A DNA stretch of 64,000 nucleotides, from positions 34,608-98,607 of the forward strand of contig CAYMSV010000003.1 in assembly GCA_964393205.1 (NCBI GenBank). The letters are read 5' to 3'. Below the pieces are notes generated by a model, which saw only the letters and a list, made by a program, of their open reading frames with translations, had not been told where the DNA came from and ran no database searches. Shown in pieces: positions 1-8,901 of the stretch. Source of the stretch: an uncultured Pseudomonadales bacterium. GTDB taxonomy: Bacteria; Patescibacteriota; Microgenomatia; UBA1400; PJMF01. Position 1 is the first letter of the stretch. Each line of letters begins with the position of its first letter. The position numbers and the translations under genes were made by a program.

Positions 1-303
1 TCCGGGTTCTCCAAATTTTTCTCTAAGAAATAGGGAAGCGAGCTGTTCCTCGGCTTCTTTAGTTAAATGATCAATCTCATTTTGAATTAAATCTATTAGT
101 GTTTCTCCACTATAAGCCAGCATTTTAATTAAGCTCTGAGTGCTTGATTGTAACTGCTCATGCAGATTTTCCAATAAAAGTAGGGGGTTTTTTTCTAGAA
201 CCAAATAATCATGTAATGATTCTAAATTAGCTGGTATTTCACTTTTCCAAGCAGTTCCATACCAATTATTTGCGTATTCTACAGATGAAACATTTTCTTT
301 CAT
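1..303 (-). CDS. Partial CDS (N-terminal ~100 aa; C-terminus lies beyond window start), unknown function
   Basis: Minus-strand ATG at 301-303 (MKENVSSVEYANNWYGTAWK...); open with no stop to position 1; not in ORF track because it is truncated. Confidence 0.35.
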   Translation of the reverse strand, partial: MKENVSSVEYANNWYGTAWKSEIPANLESLHDYLVLEKNPLLLLENLHEQLQSSTQSLIKMLAYSGETLIDLIQNEIDHLTKEAEEQLASLFLREKFGEPG

Positions 304-530
304 CAGACCTTTCTTGCGGCTTTATTGCCAAAATCCATCTCCAATGATGAATTTAATTAATAATTTGCCGTGGAAAAGCCTAAAAAAAATCACTTGATGC
401 TCGTCAAGAATGATTTGGGCTGAAGATCGGACTTATTTGTAATTGAAATAAAAACAAACTCACCGTTGCGGCACAGTCACGGACTTACACCGTGTTCCAC
501 AGCAAAAACAATTTAGCAAAAAAATAATAA

Positions 531-1268
531 TTAGACAATTGGTAATTTATTTAAGCGATAAGCTCGAATTAATAGTTTTTGTAAAGTTTTTTGAATAATT
601 AAGTTAGCTTGGTTGACAGTAGTGAAGTCTTTGCTCTTCCCTTCAAAATAAATGGGTTTGCCATAACTTATGATATAAGCTCCTTTTCGATACCAAACGA
701 ATAGATTCTTTTTCCCTTTAATATTTATAGAGAATTTTTTGATTTTTTCTGGGTTAACACAAATACTAATGGGAATAATTGGAGCTTTAGTTGCCAAAGC
801 CATACGAGCAGCACCAGTTTTTAAAGTTTTAACCTTTTTACAATTTTTACTAACGCCCCCCTCTGGGAAAATCAAAATTGAACGATTCTTTTTGAGCAAA
901 GCGATAGCTCTTTTAAGAGCTAATTTTCCAGTAGTAGGGCTTACTGGAATGTGTCCCGCCCAAGTAATTAGTCTACTTAAACCAAAAATTTTAAAAACGT
1001 CTTCTGTAAGAAGAGCATGTACCGGTTCTTTGATACTACTCATTACGTATAAAGGGTCAAGTGTGCTGGGGTGATTAACAGCAAAGATTTTGGCACCTTT
1101 GGGTAATTTTTCTTTTGATTTAATTTGGCGTTTTAGATCAATTTTGGTATAGCAGCGAGCTAATGAACGACCAAAAAAATATAGCAGGTTTTCTAAGAAG
1201 TAATGTTTTTTCATTTTGACAACTGGCCCATTAAGCCATAGATTACTTATAAAAGCAAGCTTAATCAA
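531..1268 (-). CDS. plsC: 1-acyl-sn-glycerol-3-phosphate acyltransferase
   Basis: Acyltransferase motifs H(x)4D (AVNHPSTLDP) and FPEGG; 245 aa. Confidence 0.8.
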   Translation of the reverse strand: MIKLAFISNLWLNGPVVKMKKHYFLENLLYFFGRSLARCYTKIDLKRQIKSKEKLPKGAKIFAVNHPSTLDPLYVMSSIKEPVHALLTEDVFKIFGLSRLITWAGHIPVSPTTGKLALKRAIALLKKNRSILIFPEGGVSKNCKKVKTLKTGAARMALATKAPIIPISICVNPEKIKKFSINIKGKKNLFVWYRKGAYIISYGKPIYFEGKSKDFTTVNQANLIIQKTLQKLLIRAYRLNKLPIV

Positions 1269-2205
1269 TTAGAGTTTTATAAACTTTCTGACTAATTGAG
1301 GCTATAAGTTCAGCTTGTTTTTTCAAATCTTTGCCCTTGGTCATTACGCAAAGAATATAGGGTGAAGAATTTTTATAAACAATGCCGCAGTTATGCAATT
1401 GCTTTTCATTTGTTTTTGGATATGTTCTAACACCATATTTATGTGCAACTAAAACATTCTCCGGCAGGTATTTAGTGAGACCCTCAGTAAAAGTTGCTTT
1501 AGTCATTAGATCAAGAGCCTGATTGGAGCTATTAGCTGAAAGATATTCGCTGTTGTATAAAATACGTAACATACCAGCATATTCAATGACATTAATAGTG
1601 TCTATTTCTGATAAAATTCCTAAATATAATTCTGTTTGAGCGAGGGTGGGCTGAATACCTTCTTTTTCATAATATTCAGTTAATAGAGCGAGAGAAGTGT
1701 TGTCAGAATTAATGATCATAATTTTTAATAACTCCCGAATGGTATAGCTTTTTCCAAGAACTAAAGATTTCTCAAAGTCTGGGTCAGAAAATAAAATTTT
1801 TCTTTCTTGATATTTAATTTTTTTATCTAATAATTCGGGGTTATTTTCAGCATTTTTATAATAAGCAACCAAAACGGGGATTTTTAATAAGCTTCCGCCG
1901 TCAAATCTTAAATTACCATTAATGCTAAACCATGGTCCATTATTAAGATCACGGAAATAAATAGCTGTTTGAATCTCTGAATTTTGCAAAGATTTGTCAA
2001 TTGTTGATTTAAATTCGTCAATCTTTTTTAAACTAATGTTATCCTCCTTGGCATAAGGATTTAAAAATTGCCACTGAGAGTCCTGTGGATGATCGAGGGA
2101 GCAGCTTATTTGTTGGCAAGGTTGTTGATATATATAGATAAGTAGAAAAATAATTAAGAAAAAAACAATTAGTCCAAAAGAAATTAAAATTAATTTTTGT
2201 TTCAC
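1261..2205 (-). CDS. Serine hydrolase, class A beta-lactamase / PBP-like, membrane anchored
   Basis: N-terminal TM; S-x-x-K (GGSLLK) and SDN (NSDNTS) motifs; KTG replaced by HKYG. Confidence 0.5.
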   Translation of the reverse strand: MKQKLILISFGLIVFFLIIFLLIYIYQQPCQQISCSLDHPQDSQWQFLNPYAKEDNISLKKIDEFKSTIDKSLQNSEIQTAIYFRDLNNGPWFSINGNLRFDGGSLLKIPVLVAYYKNAENNPELLDKKIKYQERKILFSDPDFEKSLVLGKSYTIRELLKIMIINSDNTSLALLTEYYEKEGIQPTLAQTELYLGILSEIDTINVIEYAGMLRILYNSEYLSANSSNQALDLMTKATFTEGLTKYLPENVLVAHKYGVRTYPKTNEKQLHNCGIVYKNSSPYILCVMTKGKDLKKQAELIASISQKVYKTLID

Positions 2206-2298
2206 TAAAAATAATATTGTAGACCTTTTGTCTCAAGAATCAATCAATAGATGGGATGAGCTTGAAAATCAATTATTAGAAGCCTAGAATAGAACTAT

Positions 2299-3039
2299 AT
2301 GAAAAAAAATATTTTTCTTCTTTCATTTTGTTCGTTAAGTTTAATTTTTTCAAATTCTGTCAATGCTCAGCGCGCCAATAACAGAGCCCCTGAATTATCT
2401 AGGGAAGCAATAGGAAATATTAATCGAGTGCAACAACAAGAAAATATTCAAGACCCAAATTTGCCCAGTGATGATTCAATTCAAGTAAGAACAAATCCCT
2501 CTGGAAAGAGTGAAATAATTGGGGAAGAGAATGGAGCTGGGGGAGCCATGCTTGTAAAAGATGGATCTAGACGTTTAACGGTTGGAGAAGCTGCAAAAAT
2601 TGTCAGAGAAAAAAATAATGATGTTGCTAATCAAGTTCAATCTTTATTGATGGAAAAATTCCAGGAAGGGAACGGTCCTAAAGGTGGAATTGGTGAGCAA
2701 GTAAGAACTATAGCTCAAGAACAGTTGCGAGCACAAGAAGAAATAAGAAACAGATTGAGTCAGTTGGAGGAAAGACCGGCTTGGAAGCGTTTTTTCTTTG
2801 GTCAAGAAAAAAGTGCGGTTGTTGCTGTAGATGAAACCCTAGAAAAACAAACTCAACAGCTTAATGAATGGCGTGAACTTTTAGAAGACCCAAACTTAAC
2901 TGCAGAAGAGCGTTTAGCGATAGAAGATACAATTTTAGAATTGCAGGCTCAACAAGAATTGGTTGAGGCTCATGTTGACAATGTTTTAGGAGAATTTAAT
3001 TTGGCTAACTTTTTTAGAAGATTATTTCGCCGCTCCTAA
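2299..3039 (+). CDS. Secreted coiled-coil protein, unknown function
   Basis: Signal peptide (MKKNIFLLSFCSLSLIFSNSVNA), Q/E-rich coiled-coil. Confidence 0.45.
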   Translation: MKKNIFLLSFCSLSLIFSNSVNAQRANNRAPELSREAIGNINRVQQQENIQDPNLPSDDSIQVRTNPSGKSEIIGEENGAGGAMLVKDGSRRLTVGEAAKIVREKNNDVANQVQSLLMEKFQEGNGPKGGIGEQVRTIAQEQLRAQEEIRNRLSQLEERPAWKRFFFGQEKSAVVAVDETLEKQTQQLNEWRELLEDPNLTAEERLAIEDTILELQAQQELVEAHVDNVLGEFNLANFFRRLFRRS

Positions 3040-4160
3040 TTATTGAGAGACTCTTGTAGAAATATTTTTAATCCGTTCCAATTGTCACGTCCAGCTTTTG
3101 GAATTAGTACTGAGCCATTATTACTGCTACTACTATTTAAAACATTCTCTGTATTTAAATTAATGTTTTTAATCTGAAAATCATTGGCGCTGACAAGTAG
3201 TGGTGCAAAATATTGCAAACTTTCTAAATCGAAATCTGTATGAACGTGTTGATTTACTTGTTTAAAAAATTGAGGAATTTTATTCAGTGCATCTAGATCA
3301 AAAAGCTTTTTTCTAATACCGGTTATTACTTCCACTTGGCGTCGACTACGATCAAAATCACTAGAGCTGTGTCGAGAACGGACGTATTTTAGCGCATCTC
3401 CTCCCTCCATTTTTTGCAGTCCAGCTGGAAAATAAATACGTTCATAACGACAGGTAAATTGACTCTCTAAATTAAAACCACTAAGGGTAGCAGTTAAATG
3501 AGCAATCTCATCATTACTATAACCACAGGGGTCGAGTTGTTTTCCTTCAATTGGATACCATTTATCTTCAAAGTCTTGTGCCACCTCAACTTCAATTCCA
3601 CCCAACTCTTTACCAATTAGACGTTGAAACCCAACAAAATCAATGGCAATAAAATACCTGATATTCAAGCCAGTAATTAGAGATAGTGTTTCTTTACTAA
3701 CTTGACCGGCATTAATCATTGGTTCGCTGCCAGTCATATTAGAACTAAAAACAGCATTAATCTTTCGGTAATTAGTGTTATTAAGTTTAACTTCTAAATC
3801 CCTAGGGATTGATATAAAAGACAAAGTCTTTTGTTCAAAATTTAGTTGGGCAATTTGAATGACATCAGCCAACATTCCTCCTTGGTGACCAGCCCCACCA
3901 TATCCCAAAAGCAAGACATTTAGTTCCTTTTTATCATTTTTTTCAATTTGACTATCGTCTAAAAAGTTTGCAGCATTAATTTCGATCTGGTTTACTACTT
4001 CTTGTTTGTTTTTGTTTTGATTGAAATAGCGATAGCTAAGTACACTAGAAATAGTGATTCCGGTAATAAATATAAGTAAAAAAGCAATAAATAAAGTCTT
4101 TTGTTTATTGTTTAATCGACGAAATTTTATTAATTGTTTTTGCCACAGCTTCTTAATCAT
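3036..4160 (-). CDS. LytR-CpsA-Psr (LCP) family cell-envelope phosphotransferase
   Basis: N-terminal TM; LCP core (LLLGYGGAGHQGG...ADVIQIAQLN...ISIPRDL). Confidence 0.75.
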   Translation of the reverse strand: MIKKLWQKQLIKFRRLNNKQKTLFIAFLLIFITGITISSVLSYRYFNQNKNKQEVVNQIEINAANFLDDSQIEKNDKKELNVLLLGYGGAGHQGGMLADVIQIAQLNFEQKTLSFISIPRDLEVKLNNTNYRKINAVFSSNMTGSEPMINAGQVSKETLSLITGLNIRYFIAIDFVGFQRLIGKELGGIEVEVAQDFEDKWYPIEGKQLDPCGYSNDEIAHLTATLSGFNLESQFTCRYERIYFPAGLQKMEGGDALKYVRSRHSSSDFDRSRRQVEVITGIRKKLFDLDALNKIPQFFKQVNQHVHTDFDLESLQYFAPLLVSANDFQIKNINLNTENVLNSSSSNNGSVLIPKAGRDNWNGLKIFLQESLNN

Positions 4161-4198
4161 AAGTCTTTTTAGTATAGCTTAAGTGATATAATAAGACC

Positions 4199-4915
4199 AT
4201 GTCTTCAAAATCTTTTTTTATTTCAAATGATATTAGTTTTCCTTATGACCAGTCCCGCTTTCCGGGTCAGGCAAGTGATGAAAGCATTTTATATGCTACT
4301 AGGGAGCATTCGATATTTTTAATCATCAGATTATTGTTTGTTTTTGGAGTAGGCTTGAGTATTATTTTAGCCACTATTTTATTTAATAAAACCATTAATT
4401 TAATTTTTTCTACCAATGTTTTGCCAGGTGTTATTTTAATTATGTTATTGATTTTTTCTTTGTTTATTTTGATTGGAGCTTGGTGGGTTTTTACTCTGTG
4501 GAAGAAATCCATAGCTATAGTTACTAACAAGCGTTTAATTAAGTTTATTTATACCACTCCAATTAATCGTTACAACATGAGTTTGCCTCTGGATATGATT
4601 GTTGATACTAGTTGTCACAATAAGGGTTTTTTAAGTTCTTATTTAAAAATTGGTAGTATTACAGCTCGTTCTAGTGCTAGTAGTTCTGGTCTAGCTACCG
4701 CAGACACTTCTCGAATTAATAAAAAATATTTTTATTTAGAAAATATTAAATATTTTGAAGATTTGCAACAATATTTAAATAAACTCATTAACACTTTGCA
4801 TAAAGAACCAGAAAAATTAAACAAATTTAGACCTTTTATTCCCCATTTAAAAGGGGAAAAAAGAGAAGAATTTTTAAGAAATAATTATCCTGATTACGCA
4901 AAAAAAACCAACTAA
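4199..4915 (+). CDS. Membrane protein with bacterial PH (bPH_2/DUF304-like) domain
   Basis: Two TM helices followed by IVTNKRLIKFIY...PLDMI segment typical of membrane-flanked PH domains. Confidence 0.4.
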   Translation: MSSKSFFISNDISFPYDQSRFPGQASDESILYATREHSIFLIIRLLFVFGVGLSIILATILFNKTINLIFSTNVLPGVILIMLLIFSLFILIGAWWVFTLWKKSIAIVTNKRLIKFIYTTPINRYNMSLPLDMIVDTSCHNKGFLSSYLKIGSITARSSASSSGLATADTSRINKKYFYLENIKYFEDLQQYLNKLINTLHKEPEKLNKFRPFIPHLKGEKREEFLRNNYPDYAKKTN

Positions 4916-4936
4916 TTACAAAAGTTTTTAATACTT

Positions 4937-5686
4937 TTAGATTATTCGAGTTTTCTTTTTGTAATTTAACCACTCTTTGCCGTATCTTTCAGCGTAATTT
5001 TTTTCTAAAAGAGGTACTCCACTAACAAAACGAATTAGAACAGTGATATAAATAGGGCTTACTAGAGCTAGTAAAGCCCAATTGCCTAAGCTGGGTAAAA
5101 AATAGAAAAAGAGGCACCACCAAAAGAGAATTTCGCCTAGATAATTGGGATGACGAGAATGTTTCCATAGGCCGCTTTGAATAAATTTACCTTTGTTTTT
5201 TGCATTATTTTTAAATTGATATTTTTGCCAATCGGCTATAGTTTCAATTCCAAGAGCGATGAGAGCTAAGACAAAGAACATAATTTGCCAACTATTAACG
5301 CTGGTTTTAATAGAATCTGCTAGGGAAAAACTCAAAATAAAGCTTAAGCTAATTGCAAAAATTGATAGAGCTTGTAGTAGCCAAAACTGTAAAAAGCTCC
5401 AAAAATTTTGCCGAATTTGATTAAAGCGCTGATCTTTTTTAATTTTGAGAATTCTAATAAATAAATAACTGGCTAATCTAATTCCCCAAAGACTGACTAG
5501 TAGGGTGGGTAAAATAAAGAAAAGTTTTTGTTGGCTTTGCCAGAATAAAAGATTGATGACAATAACAAAAGTTATTCCATAGGCTAAGTCAGTTAATTTG
5601 TCGGTTTTAAAAGCATTAGCAACCAAGAAAAATAAAACCTGACTAGTAAAAATTAATAAAAAAAGATTAAAAAATTGATTAAACAT
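4937..5686 (-). CDS. Polytopic membrane methyltransferase, ICMT/PEMT-like family
   Basis: Multiple TM; C-terminal RHPNYLGE motif (isoprenylcysteine carboxyl / phospholipid methyltransferase family). Confidence 0.55.
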   Translation of the reverse strand: MFNQFFNLFLLIFTSQVLFFLVANAFKTDKLTDLAYGITFVIVINLLFWQSQQKLFFILPTLLVSLWGIRLASYLFIRILKIKKDQRFNQIRQNFWSFLQFWLLQALSIFAISLSFILSFSLADSIKTSVNSWQIMFFVLALIALGIETIADWQKYQFKNNAKNKGKFIQSGLWKHSRHPNYLGEILFWWCLFFYFLPSLGNWALLALVSPIYITVLIRFVSGVPLLEKNYAERYGKEWLNYKKKTRII

Positions 5687-5778
5687 ATTACTATATTATA
5701 GCAGTCCTGTTTTTTTATTAATGTAATATTGATTGTTTGAACTTTTCTTGATAGGCTGATCAAATAATATCCAAAAAT

Positions 5779-6966
5779 ATGAAAAAAAGTGCTGGGCCCG
5801 GTTTATCTGCAGATAAAAAAACCGTATTAAAACAAATTTTGTATTGGCAAGAATTTCAGGCTGATAAACAAGCTTATTTAACAGTAGGAGGTTATGCTGG
5901 AACTGGAAAAACTACTCTAATTGCTGTTTTGCGCCGTTTACTTTATAAGAAAGATCCTAAACTAAAAGTAGCTTTTGCTGCTTTCACCGGAAAAGCCGCT
6001 CGGGTATTGAAGAATTATTTGGAAGAATTTGCTTTGCTTTATAAGCAGGATTCTATTGGTACTATCCACTCGCTGATTTATAGCGTGATTGAAAATGAAC
6101 AACAACAAATTATTGGTTGGCGTAAAAAAGACCGGTTAAAAACAGATTTGATTATTATCGATGAAGCCTCAATGATTGATCAAAAAATTTGGTCAGATCT
6201 CTTGTCTTATCAAATTCCTATTTTGGCAGTTGGGGATCATGGCCAATTGCCACCAGTTCATGGTTACTTTAATTTAATGAAAGAACCAATTTTGCGTTTA
6301 GAAACTATTCATCGTCAAGAAGCTAATAACCCCATTATTGATTTATCGATTTTGGCTAGAACAAAGGGTTGTATTCCAGTTGGTAACTATGGACCAAGAG
6401 TTAAAAAGTTTCTCAAAAGTGATCCAGAAACTGCTGAGTTGATAGATAATCATCTGCAAATGGCCAATCAAGACACACTAATTGTTTGTGGTTACAATAA
6501 TACTAGATTAAAACTTAATCAATACCTGCGTTCTATTAAAGGTTTTGAAGATGAACAACCACAAGCTGGCGATCGGGTGATTTGTTTACGCAACAACCAC
6601 CAAAAACAAATTTTTAATGGCATGTTGGGGACTATAGAAAGAATTAGAACAGTTGATGAGAAATTTTTCGAAATAAAAGTTAATTTTGACGATCAGGATT
6701 TTGTTTATGAGGGTCTAGCTGTAGCCAAGCAATTCAATAGTAGTAAGACTATTAGTTTTAATAATCAAGATCGTCACTTACTCAAAAAAGCTGATCTCTT
6801 TGACTTTGCTTACGCGCTAACAGTCCACAAAGCCCAAGGTAGTCAGGCAAGCAAGGTGATTGTCTTTGAAGAGCGTTTCAAACAAATGAGTGATGAAGAC
6901 TGGCGACGTTGGTTGTATACTGCCATTACCCGTGCCGAAGAAGAATTAATTATTATAGGTGATTAA
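5779..6966 (+). CDS. RecD/PIF1-like ATP-dependent DNA helicase
   Basis: Walker A GYAGTGKTT, Walker B IIIDEASM, C-terminal LTVHKAQGSQ (UvrD_C_2-like). Confidence 0.7.
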   Translation: MKKSAGPGLSADKKTVLKQILYWQEFQADKQAYLTVGGYAGTGKTTLIAVLRRLLYKKDPKLKVAFAAFTGKAARVLKNYLEEFALLYKQDSIGTIHSLIYSVIENEQQQIIGWRKKDRLKTDLIIIDEASMIDQKIWSDLLSYQIPILAVGDHGQLPPVHGYFNLMKEPILRLETIHRQEANNPIIDLSILARTKGCIPVGNYGPRVKKFLKSDPETAELIDNHLQMANQDTLIVCGYNNTRLKLNQYLRSIKGFEDEQPQAGDRVICLRNNHQKQIFNGMLGTIERIRTVDEKFFEIKVNFDDQDFVYEGLAVAKQFNSSKTISFNNQDRHLLKKADLFDFAYALTVHKAQGSQASKVIVFEERFKQMSDEDWRRWLYTAITRAEEELIIIGD

Positions 6967-6968
6967 AT

Positions 6969-7718
6969 ATGAGTATTCGTATCAATAAGTTGTTAGCAGA
7001 CCTTGGTTTAGCTTCTCGTCGTGGTGCTGATCTTTTAATTAGTGCTGGTAAGGTAAAAATTAATGGCAAGAAAGCTGAACTAGGAACTAAAGTAGATTTG
7101 AGTCGTGATCGATTGGTGGTTAACGGTGAATTGATTAATACAGAAACAGCTCAAGCAATTGTGGCTGGAGAAAATTTTGAATATTGGTTGCTCAATAAAC
7201 CCCCAGGAGTTATTTCTTCTGTTAGTGATCCTGCTGGTCGTAAAACTGTGATGCGATTTTTTACAAATAAAACTCAGGCTCGTTTATATCCAGTTGGACG
7301 CTTGGATTATGATTCAGAAGGCTTATTGTTAATGACTAATGATGGAGAATTAACTCACCGACTTACTCATCCTAAATATGGTATAGAAAAAGAATATTTG
7401 GTTGAAGCAAATGGTATTTTTAGTCAGGACAAAATAGCTAGATTAGAGCGAGGAGTTTTATTGTCTGGTAGGCGAGCTAGAGCGGACCAAGTTGAATTAA
7501 TTCAAAAAACTGGTCGGGATCTAGAGTTAAAATTTATTCTTCATGAGGGGCGCAAACGCGAGGTGAGAAGATTGTGTGCTAGGGTTGGTTGGGAGGTGCA
7601 GCGTCTAGTGAGGGTGCGTTTAGCCAATCTAGAATTAGGAACATTAAAACCAGGCATTGTACGCAAATTGAGTAATCAGGAAATTGCAGAATTAAAAAGC
7701 AGTGTCAAGTTAGTTTGA
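6969..7718 (+). CDS. rluB: rRNA pseudouridine synthase (RsuA/RluB family)
   Basis: N-terminal S4 domain (RINKLLADLGLASRRGADLLI), catalytic PVGRLDYDSEGLLLMTNDGEL. Confidence 0.85.
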   Translation: MSIRINKLLADLGLASRRGADLLISAGKVKINGKKAELGTKVDLSRDRLVVNGELINTETAQAIVAGENFEYWLLNKPPGVISSVSDPAGRKTVMRFFTNKTQARLYPVGRLDYDSEGLLLMTNDGELTHRLTHPKYGIEKEYLVEANGIFSQDKIARLERGVLLSGRRARADQVELIQKTGRDLELKFILHEGRKREVRRLCARVGWEVQRLVRVRLANLELGTLKPGIVRKLSNQEIAELKSSVKLV

Positions 7719-7728
7719 CTAGAAGTTT

Positions 7729-8157
7729 TTGGTGAATCAGGAAACAAAACTTAAGAAAAAAGCTTATAAATTTGACAAGGTAACGAAAGAATTAGCTGTT
7801 AAAAAGGCAAATTATCACTGCGAGTGTTGTGAAGCTAAACTCAACAAAAAGGATTCAAAAAAAGCAGAAGTGCATCATCTGTTGCCCGTTTGGGTAGTTT
7901 TTAATTGTTGTCCGGAAATGAGTGCTGACCTTATTCGAAATTTGGCAAATGCTGTAGTTTTGTGTCACGATTGTCATTGTTTTTTGCATCAAATAGAAAA
8001 TGGAGATGAAAATAAATTAGAAGTTTTTTATCAAGCTTTGATGGAAGAAATGCGTTGTTTAGATAGAAAATTTTTTAAAAATAACGGTAAGAAAAATTCA
8101 AACAAAGAGTTAATTAATTCTCTGAAAGTTAAAAAAATGCTGTACTTGCTCTATTGA
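7729..8157 (+). CDS. HNH-motif endonuclease-like small protein
   Basis: Cys/His cluster YHCECC...VHHLLP...LCHDCHCFLH. Confidence 0.45.
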   Translation: MVNQETKLKKKAYKFDKVTKELAVKKANYHCECCEAKLNKKDSKKAEVHHLLPVWVVFNCCPEMSADLIRNLANAVVLCHDCHCFLHQIENGDENKLEVFYQALMEEMRCLDRKFFKNNGKKNSNKELINSLKVKKMLYLLY

Positions 8158-8183
8158 AAGAAGAAATTTAAAATTCCACTATA

Positions 8184-8831
8184 ATGGAAATAATGCAATC
8201 TAATTTTACACACTTAATTTTTGATTTTGATGGTACTTTGGTTGACACTAGAGAAATTTATGTTTTGGCCTTTAATAAAATTCACGCTCGTTTTGATTTG
8301 CCAAAAATCAACAAGAAGGATTGGACCAGGTTCCAATCGAGTAGTATGAAAGATCTTTGTCGAGAATATGATATTGGTCCAGTGAAATTATTGAAAATTG
8401 CTAAAACTATTAATAGAGAAACTAGACTTTTAATAACTAAGGCTAAGTTTTATCCAAATATTGAAAAAATTTTACTTAAATTAAAAAAAGATTATCAGCT
8501 CGGGATTTTAAGTTCGAATGAGTTGAGTAACATCAAGGCGTTTTTTAAGCAACAAAATTTACCTTTAAAAGAAGTTTTTTCTTTTTGGCGCTGTGAAAAA
8601 AACTTATTTGGTAAAGATCGGGCTCTTAAGTCTTTAATTAAAGAATATCAGCTTGATCCAAAAACAATTCTTTATTTTGGCGATCAAGTTCGTGATATTG
8701 AAGCTTGTCAACGTGCTGGGGTTCCGGTTGCAGCGGTAAGTTGGGGTTTTGCGAGTGAAGATTTATTGGCCAGTGCTCAGCCCAATTTTTTACTTAATAG
8801 TCCAAGTGAGATTTTAGATCTATTGTATTGA
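8184..8831 (+). CDS. HAD-superfamily hydrolase (phosphoglycolate phosphatase-like)
   Basis: DxDGT motif (LIFDFDGTLVDT), C-terminal GDxxxD (YFGDQVRDIEA). Confidence 0.7.
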   Translation: MEIMQSNFTHLIFDFDGTLVDTREIYVLAFNKIHARFDLPKINKKDWTRFQSSSMKDLCREYDIGPVKLLKIAKTINRETRLLITKAKFYPNIEKILLKLKKDYQLGILSSNELSNIKAFFKQQNLPLKEVFSFWRCEKNLFGKDRALKSLIKEYQLDPKTILYFGDQVRDIEACQRAGVPVAAVSWGFASEDLLASAQPNFLLNSPSEILDLLY

Positions 8832-8901
8832 GTCAAATACTGTGCTCTGTTAATTTTACTCTCAAAAGAGTATAATCTATCTTTTGATTTTAGAAAGATT
8901 T

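Noticed and set aside
739-1074. 111-aa plus-strand ORF
   Set aside because: Lies entirely antisense within the plsC gene; low-complexity translation; spurious
2039-2236. 65-aa minus-strand ORF
   Set aside because: Out-of-frame overlap with the beta-lactamase-like gene start; spurious
4267-4530. 87-aa minus-strand ORF
   Set aside because: Antisense within the bPH-domain membrane protein gene
8884-8901. N-terminal extension of the TypA ORF (MILERF) from a TTG
   Set aside because: ATG at 8902 gives the conserved TypA N-terminus MQIRNVAIIAHVDHGKTT; the TTG extension is not needed
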